Below, piece by piece: positions 19,539 through 30,234 of a stretch of DNA of 64,000 nt. Origin of the DNA: Candidatus Bathyarchaeia archaeon (lineage in GTDB: Archaea > Thermoproteota > Bathyarchaeia > Bathyarchaeales > Bathycorpusculaceae); the NCBI GenBank assembly GCA_038883775.1, contig JAVZLM010000007.1, positions 32,001 through 96,000 on the forward strand, in the 5' to 3' direction. The position numbers and the translations under genes are program-made. The notes beneath the pieces were generated by a model. That model was not told where the DNA came from and made no database searches. It saw only the letters and a program-made list of their open reading frames with translations. Positions within the stretch are counted from its first letter, which is position 1. Every line of letters starts with the position of its first letter.

Positions 19539-20911
19539 AACCCTGCCTTTAGCAGATTACGCGGTTTCATAATCTCTCTTAAGAGTACAGTTGCATAAGC
19601 CCCGCGATGTAGTGTAAAGCTTATTTTTGCCATGTTTTTAGATAGACTAGTTGCATCAGCACAAACTTCTTTTAATTGAAAATTGTTTAGCGGAGTTAAA
19701 GCAGTTCGCAGTTCGCCTTTCGAGCTTATTTCTGGCATTAAATTGATTTTGAAATTTTCAAAGGTTATGCCTTCTTCGTCCAAGATTTGTTTTTCAATTT
19801 CTCCTTGAACGCCTCGGGAAGGCTTCTGTTTAAAACCTATTAGAGGAAGGGCTAACTGCATTCTTCCAGCTTTTATTGCCTCATTAATTTCTGCAAGGGT
19901 TTCAGTCTTCACGATTTTATACATTGTTAGCAATGGCAATCCAGAACGCTGCACACTAACAACGTAATCGCCGACTTCCGCCTTATTTAACGAAAGCCCT
20001 TCTGCAATTCTTTTGCTTAGGAATTTGTTGAAAAGGTAGGCTTGATAGGCTTGCGGAAAAAGCTCTCGAAGTTTAATTGGCAAACGCCTAAGTGCGCCCA
20101 AAAAATCTTTGGGTTTTTGTGCTAGATGCTTAAGCATTAAACGTTCATAATGCAACTGTTTCGGAAAGTCTTTCAAAGCTTGCCTAAAATCTTGCGTCTT
20201 TTGCAGTTGTTCTCGGGCTTTTCTGGATTCTGGATGCTCATATGGGCTTGGTTTAGCCAAAAAAAGCATCACAGCCTTTTTGAAGTTTCCTTTAACAAGG
20301 GCTTTTCCAATACTATGCGTTATGGGACGAACGGTGCCGAAACGTTGGTGACCGAAAAAATTTGGAACTCCACCAACAGCTTCGAGCTCTTTAATGGTTT
20401 TTTCTATACGCTTTTTAGTGGATGATTTTGGATGGCTTATGTTTCTAATAGTTATGTTGAAATTATTTCCAAGGAGATAGTATGTGGAAAGCTTATGGCG
20501 AAGATAGCCTACGGGATGAATTTTTATATCTTTAACATTAGCCTTTTGAACTTCATCGGCTGAAACACCATCAACCGTGATGAATTGGGCGGTGACTGCT
20601 TTAGCATCTTTTATGCCAGCAAAATGAATGGTATCAGCGTTTATGCCAAGTTGTTTAGCAATGGCGTTTATGGCTAAAAAAGTGTCCCAATTTCGTTTGA
20701 CCAAAACACATAAAAGGTAACGTTTCTTTTCCGCAGAAGAGCCTAATACTTTGGGCTTATCAGAGCATTTTATCTCCGCTCTAGAACCGTCAACAAGAAT
20801 CTCTTCAACAACAAAATCCTCAACAAACTGCCTAATAACTCCACCAACGCCCAAAGAAGTTGTGGCATAAACCTCCATGCCCATGATTTTCTCAAGTTTA
20901 GGAACAAACAA
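19535..20911 (-). CDS. truD: tRNA pseudouridine(13) synthase
   Basis: EDFVVEE, AGIKDAKAVTAQ, GNNFNI, PNFFGHQRFG, GAYATVLLRE. Confidence 0.95.
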   Translation of the reverse strand: MFVPKLEKIMGMEVYATTSLGVGGVIRQFVEDFVVEEILVDGSRAEIKCSDKPKVLGSSAEKKRYLLCVLVKRNWDTFLAINAIAKQLGINADTIHFAGIKDAKAVTAQFITVDGVSADEVQKANVKDIKIHPVGYLRHKLSTYYLLGNNFNITIRNISHPKSSTKKRIEKTIKELEAVGGVPNFFGHQRFGTVRPITHSIGKALVKGNFKKAVMLFLAKPSPYEHPESRKAREQLQKTQDFRQALKDFPKQLHYERLMLKHLAQKPKDFLGALRRLPIKLRELFPQAYQAYLFNKFLSKRIAEGLSLNKAEVGDYVVSVQRSGLPLLTMYKIVKTETLAEINEAIKAGRMQLALPLIGFKQKPSRGVQGEIEKQILDEEGITFENFKINLMPEISSKGELRTALTPLNNFQLKEVCADATSLSKNMAKISFTLHRGAYATVLLREIMKPRNLLKAGF

Positions 20912-20925
20912 GCATCTTGCCTTCC

Positions 20926-21288
20926 TTAGAGAAGGGGAAGCTTACCAGTTAATTTATCGATAATTTCGGATGGGGCAGGACCTACACCCAAACACGTTAT
21001 TGTTCCAGGCGGCACTTCTGTTAAGCCTCTATCCATAATTAGTGCGCATGGCAAAGCCAAAGCCTTCGCCTCTTTTTCCAGCTCCAAAATTTCCTTTTCA
21101 CTTTTAACTTTTACCACAATCTTGCATTGTCCCTCATCCATCCAAGCGCTCCACCAAGCTTTTTGATTTTTGCGAGCCTCTTCAGCAGCAGAAACAGCGC
21201 CATGTCCAGCTTGGGCAGCAATCTTACCTTTACTTAATTTTAAATCTGAACGAAAGACAAGCACTTGCTTATAACGAAATTCCGACAT
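20926..21288 (-). CDS. pth2: Peptidyl-tRNA hydrolase Pth2
   Basis: KQVLVFRSDLKLSKGKIAAQAGH, GQCKIV, DRGLTEVPPGTITCLGVGP. Confidence 0.96.
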   Translation of the reverse strand: MSEFRYKQVLVFRSDLKLSKGKIAAQAGHGAVSAAEEARKNQKAWWSAWMDEGQCKIVVKVKSEKEILELEKEAKALALPCALIMDRGLTEVPPGTITCLGVGPAPSEIIDKLTGKLPLL

Positions 21289-21402
21289 GCCACTTTCAAC
21301 CGCTTACTCCATTTTGTCACTCGAAGATTTTAAGGATTTGCAGATGTTTAGATTTAACTTTGGTATCTACCATGGAGTAGCAAGGAGCCTTACCATTTTA
21401 AG

Positions 21403-21439
21403 TGAAGTTTCCTTTACAGTTTTTGTAAAGTTTTCTTCA
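21403..21439. promoter_or_regulatory. Nested palindrome, a candidate operator upstream of the HTH gene
   Basis: TGAAG-N4-CTTTACA-N5-TGTAAAG-N4-CTTCA, symmetric, about 50 bp before the ATG at 21492. Confidence 0.5.
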
Positions 21440-21491
21440 TAAAAACCCTTTTCTTTCCATTTAAACTCATAAAAAATGAGGAAAGGGAACA

Positions 21492-22439
21492 ATGTGTGCG
21501 GAAAAAATGGAGGAAGAAACATATTCTTTGATTTTTAAGTCACTCAAACATCCTATACGAAGAAAGATACTTAGAATGTTAGTGGGCAAGCAAATGAGTT
21601 TCTCAGAAATTTTGAACATCCTCTCCATTGACAGTGGGCATCTGAGTTATCACATTGAAAACTTGGGTGAATTGATTAGGCATTCAGAAAACGGCAAATA
21701 CGAACTCTCCAGCATAGGAATTGCTGCAGTAAATCTAATGAGTGGAGTGGAAGAACATCCACATTTGCCAATTTCACCCTCCAAATGGAAAACGAAGAAA
21801 ACGAGGAACATTTTCTTGGTTGCTGTACTTGTTACTCTCATGGCCTCAGCAGTAGGGAATGCATATTATTACAATTTATTGCAGTCTAGCTTACAAAAAA
21901 ATGTAGAAGGCACCGGCTACGCCTTAATTCTATTTGACGACGGCATCTATAGAGCTACAAGCATTTCATATCTCTTATTGACGTATCGACATGGACTCCG
22001 AGAAACCGAACCTAACGAACTTAACATTAAAGCTTTGATTAAAGGTTTTTTCAATGAAATGGAGTATGCATATTATTTTGGTCTAAAAGGGTTAATGGCT
22101 CTAAACCCAGAACTTAGCGGGTATAGGAAACCACTTTATATAATTGATAGATTTATGTGTTATACCTTTATTCAGTGGAAATCATGCCAAGGGGGACCTA
22201 CCGTAAGGTCTGTCCTAGAAAATTTAATAGCAGAAGCGGAGTCACTTGCTAACTATTCTAGGCCATTAGCTGCTTTTAAGGAACTAAACCAAACATCCTT
22301 TCAAAAATTGCAACAATTATCATTCGAAGTTCTTGAATCGTTTGCTACTCCCTTCAATGCAACAAGATTAGAGAATACGATTAACATAGTTAACGATTTA
22401 GAAAATGTTTTGGCTCAATGGCTAAATAAGTACGCATAG
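21492..22439 (+). CDS. ArsR-like winged-HTH protein with a TM helix and a C-terminal domain
   Basis: IFKSLKHPIRRKIL...SFSEIL...SGHLSYH; TM IFLVAVLVTLMASAVG. Confidence 0.82.
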   Translation: MCAEKMEEETYSLIFKSLKHPIRRKILRMLVGKQMSFSEILNILSIDSGHLSYHIENLGELIRHSENGKYELSSIGIAAVNLMSGVEEHPHLPISPSKWKTKKTRNIFLVAVLVTLMASAVGNAYYYNLLQSSLQKNVEGTGYALILFDDGIYRATSISYLLLTYRHGLRETEPNELNIKALIKGFFNEMEYAYYFGLKGLMALNPELSGYRKPLYIIDRFMCYTFIQWKSCQGGPTVRSVLENLIAEAESLANYSRPLAAFKELNQTSFQKLQQLSFEVLESFATPFNATRLENTINIVNDLENVLAQWLNKYA

Positions 22440-22462
22440 TACTCCTTTAACAACCTATTTAT

Positions 22463-23692
22463 CTACTGCTCCATAAAAGTTGCAGAGATATAAAGAAAAA
22501 AACGAAGGATAATTGGTAAAACCCTCGGATTCGGCAGAAGTTTCAAAAGGGTTTTCCCTTGAAAATCTATTTCTTCAATTTTATTTAAAGTCTTGTTTAA
22601 ATCCAGCCTTTCACATAAACTGATAGCTTCGTCAAGTTTCTCGTCAGACAAACCATTAAGTATCTTCCTAACTTTAAGCATAACCTTCATGTCAAAACCA
22701 AAATTTTCTTTACAGCGCTGAGCGTATACGCTTAGAAATTTTGAAGAAAAATCATTTCTCTGCAAGGCTTCATATGCAACCTCAGCAGCAATTCTTGAAC
22801 AAGATAAGCCAAAAATTAAACCACCGCCGGTTGTAGGCTTAACTTGAGAAGTCGCATCGCCAACAGCCAAAAAACCATTTGAATAAGTTTTTGAGATTGG
22901 TCCGCCAAGAGATATGGGATGAAAAGCCATATGCGAAATTTTTGCTTTGCGCAATTTTTTTGAGGCTACTGGATGTTTAAGCATGAACCGTTGCAAAAAC
23001 TCTTTGGGATTCCCATGTTTTGTGGCTAATCCAACTTTTGCCTCGTCTTCGCCTTTTGGAATCAGCCATGCATAAAAACCAGGCGCATACTCATTGCCGA
23101 GAAAAACTTCTACGCTGTCTTGTTCCACATTTTTAACGTTTTTAACTTCTGCATGTACGCCATGAACGAACATGCGCCCATATTTGGGTGAGAGGTTGGC
23201 TTGCCGCAGAATTTTTGAGGAAATTCCTTCGGCATCCATCACAATTTTAGCGAAATATTTTTCGATTTTTCCATTTTGGTTGACGCTCACTCCTTTCACA
23301 AAACCACTCTCAAAAATTAAGGATTCGACACGAGAATTTAGATGATAGAGAACTCCTTCTTTTTTCGCCATTTCAGCAATGTAATTGTCGAAAAGGGAAC
23401 GATTAACAACACACGTTACGGGTGAAGAAAAGCGGACAGCAAATTCGCTGCCCTTCGGCGAGTGAAAGATAACTCCACGAAAAGTGTTTTCAACAATTTT
23501 CTCTGGAGGCGGATATAAACCTAAACGTTTCAAACCGTTAATTGCCACATGCCCTGGACAATGGATTGGAAAGCCTATTTGAGCGTGTTCTTCGAAAACT
23601 CTTACCTTAACTCCAAGTTTTGCAAGGTTTAGGGCTGTGAAGGAACCGCAGGGTCCGCCTCCGATGATGATGGCATCTGAAAAGTTTTCCAT
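22463..23692 (-). CDS. Geranylgeranyl reductase-family FAD oxidoreductase
   Basis: IIGGGPCG, RSLFD, DAEG, PGFYAWLIP, VGDATSQVKPTTGGG. Confidence 0.9.
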   Translation of the reverse strand: MENFSDAIIIGGGPCGSFTALNLAKLGVKVRVFEEHAQIGFPIHCPGHVAINGLKRLGLYPPPEKIVENTFRGVIFHSPKGSEFAVRFSSPVTCVVNRSLFDNYIAEMAKKEGVLYHLNSRVESLIFESGFVKGVSVNQNGKIEKYFAKIVMDAEGISSKILRQANLSPKYGRMFVHGVHAEVKNVKNVEQDSVEVFLGNEYAPGFYAWLIPKGEDEAKVGLATKHGNPKEFLQRFMLKHPVASKKLRKAKISHMAFHPISLGGPISKTYSNGFLAVGDATSQVKPTTGGGLIFGLSCSRIAAEVAYEALQRNDFSSKFLSVYAQRCKENFGFDMKVMLKVRKILNGLSDEKLDEAISLCERLDLNKTLNKIEEIDFQGKTLLKLLPNPRVLPIILRFFLYISATFMEQ

Positions 23693-23724
23693 GATTACAC
23701 ATTAAAAGAGTTGAAGTTAAAGGC

Positions 23725-23952
23725 TTATGTTATAAGTTCGATTCTTCTTTTTCCACGAACCATAGAAGTTGTCCGTATTTTTCCAGCGACCTCTAACCTC
23801 ATAAGAAACTCGTTAAAGTCCTTGAAGCCCAAATCCTTAAACTCCTCACTTAAAACCTCAAAGAGCTCAGTATCCGTCATGGCGCCCTTCTTTTTCAAGA
23901 CTTCTAAAAGAACATAATAGGCTGGATGTGTCTTCCAAGTTTTAACTGGCAA
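23725..23952 (-). CDS. Small winged-helix protein downstream of cdc48
   Basis: LLEVLKKKGAMTDTELF...LMRLEVAGKI; co-oriented 13 bp after cdc48. Confidence 0.8.
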   Translation of the reverse strand: MPVKTWKTHPAYYVLLEVLKKKGAMTDTELFEVLSEEFKDLGFKDFNEFLMRLEVAGKIRTTSMVRGKRRIELIT

Positions 23953-23964
23953 ATTTACGCACTC

Positions 23965-26136
23965 CTAAGCCACCGGTGTTGCTGGCTTTTGAACTTGCCT
24001 CACTTGCTGCATGAAGCCTTTGTACCATTTTTCCATGTCAGGAGTTATTGAAGGCCCAATTTTTTTCATTGCTTCTTGAAAATCAGCCAATGTAACCTCT
24101 TTAGCGTTTACATCTCTTCTCAAGGCGTGCATAGCTGCTTCTCTGCAGAGGGCTTCTATGTCTGCGCCAGAATAATTCTTGGTTATGGCGGCTAACTGCT
24201 CTAGGTTTACGTCTTTGGATAATGGCATGTTTCTTGTGTGAATTTTGAATATTTGAAGCCGAGTTTTTTCGTCAGGTTCTGGCACATATATCAGCCTATC
24301 AAATCTTCCAGGTCGAAGCACTGCTGGGTCAATAATGTCAGGCCTGTTCGTAGCCGCTATGACAACGACGTCCTCTAAAGTTAGGATTCCATCCATTTCA
24401 GTTAGGAGTTGGCTGATTACGCGCTCTGTTACGCCGCTGTCTGCAAAACCTAAGCCTCTTCGAGGCACAAGGGAATCCATCTCATCAAAGAATATTACGG
24501 CTGGTGCTGCCATTCGGGCTTTTCTGAAAACTTCCCTTATCGCTTTTTCAGATTCGCCAACCCATTTTGAAAAAACTTCTGGACCCTTAATTGTTATGAA
24601 GTTTGCTTCGCTTTCTGTTGCCACAGCCCTAGCCAACAAAGTCTTACCACAACCAGGCGGTCCATAGAGAAGTATGCCCTTTGGAGGCTTTATTCCAAGC
24701 CTCTTGAAAATTTCAGGGTTTTTAAGGGGCCATTCCACAGCTTCTTTAAGTTCCTGTTTGACTTCTTCCAGCCCGCCGATGTCGTCCCAGTGGATTGTCG
24801 GAACTTCTATGTAGACTTCCCGCATGGCTGTTGGCGTCACTTCCTTGTAGGCGTTTATGAAATCCTCCATTTTCACTTCCATTTTTTCTAAAACACTTGG
24901 TGGTATGCGCTCCTCTTCAAGGTTTATTTGGGGCAAGTATCTGCGGAGGGCTTTCATGGCTGTTTCTCTGCATAAAGCTGCCAAATCTGCACCTGTATAG
25001 CCATGAGTTATTTCAGAAAGCTTCTTTAAGTCAACATCCTCAGCCAAAGGCATCCCACGAGTGTGAATTTGTAATATTTCATATCTTCCCCGCTTGTCTG
25101 GAACGCCTATCTCGATTTCTCTGTCAAACCTGCCTGGTCTCCGAAGGGCTGGGTCAAGGGCACCGGGTCTGTTAGTGGCGCCAATAACTATGACATTTCC
25201 TCTTCCAGATAAACCGTCCATTAGGGCTAGAAGTTGCGCGACAACTCGCCTTTCAACTTCGCCAGTCACTTCTTCCCGTTTTGGCGCTATGGCATCCAAC
25301 TCGTCAATGAATATTATGCTTGGAGCGTTCTGTTGGGCTTGCTGGAAGATTTCTCTAAGTCTGGCTTCGGATTCGCCATAAAATTTGCTCATTATTTCAG
25401 GTCCGTTTATTGAGAAGAAATTCGCTTCAGACTCATTAGCAACAGCCCTAGCCAACAAAGTCTTACCACAACCAGGCGGTCCATGAAGCAATACGCCTTT
25501 CGGAGGTTCTATTCCAAGCCTTTGGAAAAGCTCCGGATGCCTTAATGGAAGTTCAACCATTTCGCGTACTCTTTGGATTTCCTCTTGCAGTCCGCCGATG
25601 TCTTCGTATGTTGTTCTTGGGAGCCCTCGCCCTTCGGGTGCTGGTTCGTTCAAGATTGTTAGTCTAGTTTCTGGAGTAACTTTAACTATGCCGTGGGGGC
25701 GAGTTTTTGACACAGTAAAGGGTATAGCGTGTCCAAGCATCATAACCAGCGTGGTGTCACCTTCCACAAGGGTTCTTTCCATGAGGCGGTTTTTGACAAA
25801 GTTTGTGAAGTCTTCGTCAACGTTTAATCTCATGTCCACAGGCGCCAATGTTATGCTTATGGCGTTTTTGACTTTGGCTGGTCTTGCGATTACGTATTCG
25901 TTTATTGCTACTCCAGCGTTTTTGCGGGTGAAACCGTCTATTCTTATAATGTCTCTGTTTTGGTCTTCGCTGTAGGCTGGCCAGGCTATGGCTGAAGTTG
26001 ACCTTTTACCCACTATTTCTATGACATCGCCCGCTGAAATGCCCAGTTTTTCCATTGTTCTTTGGTCTATACGGGCTATTCCTCTTCCGACATCCCTCTG
26101 TTTTGCGTCGCCAACACGCAATTGCACTTCACTCAA
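23965..26136 (-). CDS. cdc48: CDC48/VAT AAA+ ATPase
   Basis: N-domain ([11 protein letters not shown]) and two AAA modules with GPPGCGKT, Walker B and SRH motifs. Confidence 0.97.
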   Translation of the reverse strand: MSEVQLRVGDAKQRDVGRGIARIDQRTMEKLGISAGDVIEIVGKRSTSAIAWPAYSEDQNRDIIRIDGFTRKNAGVAINEYVIARPAKVKNAISITLAPVDMRLNVDEDFTNFVKNRLMERTLVEGDTTLVMMLGHAIPFTVSKTRPHGIVKVTPETRLTILNEPAPEGRGLPRTTYEDIGGLQEEIQRVREMVELPLRHPELFQRLGIEPPKGVLLHGPPGCGKTLLARAVANESEANFFSINGPEIMSKFYGESEARLREIFQQAQQNAPSIIFIDELDAIAPKREEVTGEVERRVVAQLLALMDGLSGRGNVIVIGATNRPGALDPALRRPGRFDREIEIGVPDKRGRYEILQIHTRGMPLAEDVDLKKLSEITHGYTGADLAALCRETAMKALRRYLPQINLEEERIPPSVLEKMEVKMEDFINAYKEVTPTAMREVYIEVPTIHWDDIGGLEEVKQELKEAVEWPLKNPEIFKRLGIKPPKGILLYGPPGCGKTLLARAVATESEANFITIKGPEVFSKWVGESEKAIREVFRKARMAAPAVIFFDEMDSLVPRRGLGFADSGVTERVISQLLTEMDGILTLEDVVVIAATNRPDIIDPAVLRPGRFDRLIYVPEPDEKTRLQIFKIHTRNMPLSKDVNLEQLAAITKNYSGADIEALCREAAMHALRRDVNAKEVTLADFQEAMKKIGPSITPDMEKWYKGFMQQVRQVQKPATPVA
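24623..24665. repeat. 43-bp exact repeat, copy 1 (cdc48 D2 Walker A)
   Basis: acagccctagccaacaaagtcttaccacaaccaggcggtccat, identical to 25442-25484. Confidence 0.9.
25442..25484. repeat. 43-bp exact repeat, copy 2 (cdc48 D1 Walker A)
   Basis: Identical to 24623-24665. Confidence 0.9.
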
Positions 26137-26220
26137 TTAGAACTCCTCCGTTATTAGCGTCATAACACGTTTCAAGCAAAGATTCATTCCTATATAAATG
26201 TTTAAAACAACCGTTTAAGG

Positions 26221-26496
26221 TTATCTGCTCACCCTGCGCACCATAATCGTTTGCACCTGGCTTATTTCACTCACTGCTTCAAGCTTCTTTTCAAATTCAT
26301 CAAGCATGCCAGTTTTGTCTTCTGGAAATTTTATGTGCGCTATTAATGCTTTCAAGCCAAAGGCTATGGGTTCCTCACCATATCCATAAACGGATGCAAA
26401 CTCTGGTAAACATTTCTCAATTTTCTTTTTCAAATCAGTAAAGTCCACGATTACGTCTGTTGGAAATATTTTGTATGAGATTATTACATTACCCAT
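26221..26496 (-). CDS. ef1b: Translation elongation factor EF-1beta
   Basis: KIFPTD...EEPIAFGLKAL...EISQVQ. Confidence 0.93.
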   Translation of the reverse strand: MGNVIISYKIFPTDVIVDFTDLKKKIEKCLPEFASVYGYGEEPIAFGLKALIAHIKFPEDKTGMLDEFEKKLEAVSEISQVQTIMVRRVSR

Positions 26497-26630
26497 TCAA
26501 TTATCCACCTTGCAAATCTTTCGCCCTTTTTAACAATTGGAGAACCTCATTTAAGTCTTGCTTATCCAAATCCTCTAAATGACTATATGTTGTATGAATT
26601 TTAAAGAAAAGAAATTATAAAAAGGGGACT

Positions 26631-26909
26631 TTAAGAACGCTCACGATATTCTTCTATTTTTTTCACAAGCCTTTCCACATTTTCGGGTTTCTCGGCAAAG
26701 GCAAGAAGTTTTTCGCTGTCTGGTCCAATAAGGATAAAAAGGGGTTGGAGGTAGAGGCGGGCAAGTTGGGACCAAACGTGGCTTGTTGGTCCAACGGTTT
26801 CTAGAAAGAGCAAAGCGATGCCGTCCATTTTTGAATCGACTATTTTTTTGGCTATTTTTGAAAGCCATTCTTCTTCGGTGTTTTCCACAGTTTTCTGATC
26901 CAAGCTCAT
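26631..26909 (-). CDS. Hypothetical protein, last gene of the membrane operon
   Basis: 92 aa, KIAKKIV...ALLFLETVGP; co-oriented 16 bp after the membrane gene. Confidence 0.75.
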   Translation of the reverse strand: MSLDQKTVENTEEEWLSKIAKKIVDSKMDGIALLFLETVGPTSHVWSQLARLYLQPLFILIGPDSEKLLAFAEKPENVERLVKKIEEYRERS

Positions 26910-26924
26910 AGAAATTTACCTTTG

Positions 26925-27635
26925 CTATTTTCGTCTCATGGCGTAGGCTATTGCAATCACAGCCAACACAACTGCTATTATGGCAGCGTATGGTTGCGGC
27001 TGGAAGTACTGCAAGTATATTCCTATTAAGAACCCGACCCTTGTCATTATTGTGTTTGCGAATAAAGCTCCGAAGCCAACCATCATTCCATATACTCCTA
27101 TTAGGAAGAACGCTCTGTATATCTTATGCACCACTGTTGATTTTCCTTCAGCCTTTGGAAATATAGTGAATATGAAATAGGTTAGTCCACCGAGGGTTAT
27201 CAGAACCATGAGCCAGTTGTTAAAGGTTGCTTGCAGATCTGTGGGTGTCCAAAGGGGTACTATGGCGGCATTTATTTGTTTTATTATATTAGCCATCGGG
27301 GCGGTTCTTAAGGCTAGGGCTGCACCTACAGCAACGTTTACGCCTATGCCATACCTTGCAACCCAATAATACTTCTTTGAGTATTTAAAGAAGAATGTAA
27401 GCCCTAACAACAATGGTATTATCAGATGCCAGTTTGCCACAACATCTTTGCCCAATGGAACAAAGGCTGTTTTGTTTAGGCTGTCTAGCGAAAGCGCTAT
27501 GGAATATCCTGCTGCAGTTCCAACAAACAAGTGTTCAGCAATGCGGTATAAGACATTATCTTTGTATACAAAGCTGTAAAGCCACACTACTATAATGGCT
27601 GCAAGCCAAGCGCCCATTAATTCTGGCGTGATCAT
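26925..27635 (-). CDS. Uncharacterised integral membrane protein
   Basis: About 6-7 TM helices; YSFVYKDNVLYRIAEHLFVG; GMMVGFGALFANTIMTR. Start overlaps the upstream stop (ATGA). Confidence 0.85.
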   Translation of the reverse strand: MITPELMGAWLAAIIVVWLYSFVYKDNVLYRIAEHLFVGTAAGYSIALSLDSLNKTAFVPLGKDVVANWHLIIPLLLGLTFFFKYSKKYYWVARYGIGVNVAVGAALALRTAPMANIIKQINAAIVPLWTPTDLQATFNNWLMVLITLGGLTYFIFTIFPKAEGKSTVVHKIYRAFFLIGVYGMMVGFGALFANTIMTRVGFLIGIYLQYFQPQPYAAIIAVVLAVIAIAYAMRRK

Positions 27636-28486
27636 TTCTTCTCACCTCTCTTAGAAAGCTTTGTGTAGGCAAACACTATGTTTCCCAAGATAATGAACAG
27701 CAGAATAAGTCCGTGGGCAAAGCTTTGAGCATCCATGGAAGCAATGCCTAAACCCTTTCTTCCGACAAGAAGTTCGTATTCGGCTGCTGCCCTCTGTCCA
27801 GTAAGCATACCTATTGCTTGTCCAGCACCCACATAGGGTTCGACGGAAGGCCCTATAACGCTAAGAACGCAAAATAGGAGGGGCGTGTGGTATGGTGTGT
27901 ACCATTGGCGAACATACCATGCGAAAGTGTCTGTTCCAGATGATGCAACAAGAACTAGCTTATAGTCTGCAGCAGTATTAGCTTCTTGTATTAAAGGCAA
28001 ATTCGAAGTCGGGTTGCCGTAGTTATCTACTGCAACAGTTCCAGTAATACTACTTGCTAATGATGCTAATGCTGACTCACCTCCTGCAATGTATCCTAAG
28101 AAGACGTAGTCTTCTCCGTAAGTTTTGCCTTCAAACAAGTCAGGAGCAGAAGACTGCAAAAACTGAAATGCAAGTGGACCATAAGTTGCCATCGAAAGAA
28201 ACACTAGTTTACAATTTTTCTCAAATAAGTGTTTCATGAGAGCTATGACTTGAGGCTCTAATTCAGCTCTGGCAGCGACCTCATAGTATATTTCCACAAG
28301 AACTGGTGAACCAGGCGGAAGCTTGCTATCATCTTCTATGTAGTCATAAACTGCCTTTGTGCGCGATGAAATTCCTATTGGAAGCCCCATAGGGTATATG
28401 AGAGGAGCTATTATCAGAATTATCAGCAACGTGTACAATAATTGCCGTGTGCTTAATACTTTATCAATTTTTTCTATCGCCGTCAT
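27632..28486 (-). CDS. Uncharacterised membrane protein with a large extramembrane domain
   Basis: N-terminal TM helix; YGEDYVFLGYIAGGE; AAEYE; MDAQSFAHGLILLFIILGNI C-terminal TM helix. Confidence 0.85.
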   Translation of the reverse strand: MTAIEKIDKVLSTRQLLYTLLIILIIAPLIYPMGLPIGISSRTKAVYDYIEDDSKLPPGSPVLVEIYYEVAARAELEPQVIALMKHLFEKNCKLVFLSMATYGPLAFQFLQSSAPDLFEGKTYGEDYVFLGYIAGGESALASLASSITGTVAVDNYGNPTSNLPLIQEANTAADYKLVLVASSGTDTFAWYVRQWYTPYHTPLLFCVLSVIGPSVEPYVGAGQAIGMLTGQRAAAEYELLVGRKGLGIASMDAQSFAHGLILLFIILGNIVFAYTKLSKRGEKK

Positions 28487-28488
28487 TT

Positions 28489-29166
28489 CTATTCCCTCCT
28501 CCCCATCCAAGTGACTTCTTTACCCAAGAGAAGCCTTAGACCCAGTATTATTATTCCAAAGCCTAAACCCATAGTGATGGGTCTGAATGCTGCGGTGTTT
28601 GGAACAGTCATTATCCAGTCTCTGACGGGGAGGAAACCGCTCCATATTATTTCACCAAGGCTTGTGTTACCGAGCATTATGAGGATAGCTACGATTAGCA
28701 AGAGAAGCGCTGGTGGGTTCCTAACTCTGAAAGCTCTATATGAGGCGGAAGCTATGTAGAAGACAAGGATAGAATACATTGCAGCATCCGAAGGCGCAAA
28801 TATATAAGTGTAGAGCCACTGGAAGTTAGTTTGTGTAGTTATTGCGATTCCAGAAGATAGGGCATAAACTGCAAAGGCGACCATTATTACCTCCATAACA
28901 ATTACTATGCCACTAAAGAATACTTGTTTCGGCTCTTTTTTCCGACTCTGATTTACGTGGTACCTTAATATGTCTATGCCTCCAACTATGGCGGCTATCG
29001 CCGTTATTACAACAACCCAGTCGGTCAGAGCCTTATTACCAGTGTCAAAGGCTTTCTTCACATCGCTGCTTATGTAGAAGAAGTAGAAGAGCACCATCAG
29101 CACTATTATGACGGTTACAATGACTTGGGGAATATTTCTCCTTATTACAGCACCCATTCGTTTCAC
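28489..29166 (-). CDS. Uncharacterised integral membrane protein
   Basis: About 6 TM helices; FYIASASYRAFRVRN; WIMTVPNTAAFR; LRLLLGKE. Confidence 0.85.
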   Translation of the reverse strand: MKRMGAVIRRNIPQVIVTVIIVLMVLFYFFYISSDVKKAFDTGNKALTDWVVVITAIAAIVGGIDILRYHVNQSRKKEPKQVFFSGIVIVMEVIMVAFAVYALSSGIAITTQTNFQWLYTYIFAPSDAAMYSILVFYIASASYRAFRVRNPPALLLLIVAILIMLGNTSLGEIIWSGFLPVRDWIMTVPNTAAFRPITMGLGFGIIILGLRLLLGKEVTWMGRRE

Positions 29167-29169
29167 CCC

Positions 29170-29985
29170 TTACTTGAGCAGTTCTGTTGCCAGTTTAATG
29201 CCCAGCGGCAGCAAGGCAAGACCAATCACTATTAGAACCCATGAAAGCAACTTTCCTATGTCCTGTCCTCTAATAGATGATAAAGTTACATTGTCTCCAG
29301 AAGCCAAAGCACCAGCAGCGAAAATTTCCTCGCCTATGAAGGCATAATCAGCAGCTAAGACGAAGAAGGGAATTTGAGTTTCTCGGGCTGTTCCAGCAAT
29401 TTGGAAAGCTCCGATCATAGTGCCAGCTTCAACAAATATTAGGGATTCAGCCCAGAAAGGCCCAACTATTATGTTTGTTCCAGCATTTTCTCTCTGAATT
29501 GTCGCTTGAACAGCAGAAGCAAAAGCAAACTGCTGGTCCGTCAAATATCTCACATTATAGGTAACATTATAAAGTTCTGGTTTCCCAGCAGAATAATATG
29601 CATCACGAATAACCTCTTCTTCCGCCGCTATAAGCTCTGGCACCCCAAGCGTTGAAACAAGATTCGCACCGTATTTACCGCAAAGTTTCGCCACGTGATT
29701 TAGCACTCCCAAACCAGCCAAGTATTGAGGGGCATGAGCAGTGGATAATGGACCATATCCGAGAGTGAAGTGAACTGGTCTGCCCATTTCGACGGATCTT
29801 GCCACACCTTCTTCTATAGCGTCAAAGGCAGCCATCTTCCTAACAGGAATTGGTTTGCCTCCCTTAGCTTTCCGCATGAAATAGTAGCCTGCAAGCATAA
29901 GAAACATTAGCAAGACAAAAGAGTAGGCTCCAGATTTCTGATAAATAATCTGGTAAATAATGTCTTTCCATATGTCCATTGCCAT
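29170..29985 (-). CDS. DUF6754-like membrane-associated protein
   Basis: AIEEGVARSVEMGRPVH, YLTDQQFAFA, FWAESLIFVEAG, QIAGT, QIPFF...DY..IGEEIFAAGA. ATG 29985 follows AGGAG. Confidence 0.8.
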   Translation of the reverse strand: MAMDIWKDIIYQIIYQKSGAYSFVLLMFLMLAGYYFMRKAKGGKPIPVRKMAAFDAIEEGVARSVEMGRPVHFTLGYGPLSTAHAPQYLAGLGVLNHVAKLCGKYGANLVSTLGVPELIAAEEEVIRDAYYSAGKPELYNVTYNVRYLTDQQFAFASAVQATIQRENAGTNIIVGPFWAESLIFVEAGTMIGAFQIAGTARETQIPFFVLAADYAFIGEEIFAAGALASGDNVTLSSIRGQDIGKLLSWVLIVIGLALLPLGIKLATELLK

Positions 29986-30234
29986 TTTTCTCCTTTTTAT
30001 TTTTGAAAAACAATGTTCCATATAGAAAGCATTTATTATATAAGATTTTCCAGACATCATAGCAAAAAGAACAGAAAAAGGTCTTTATAGACAAAAAACG
30101 AAACGGAAATAGATGCAATTCACGAAAGAAACACGCTTCATAGAATAACGCCATTTTCATTAATTTTTCAATACTTTCAAGAAATAACATATATAACTCT
30201 CCAAATTCTTATAACTCAGAAAACGCTGGTCAAA

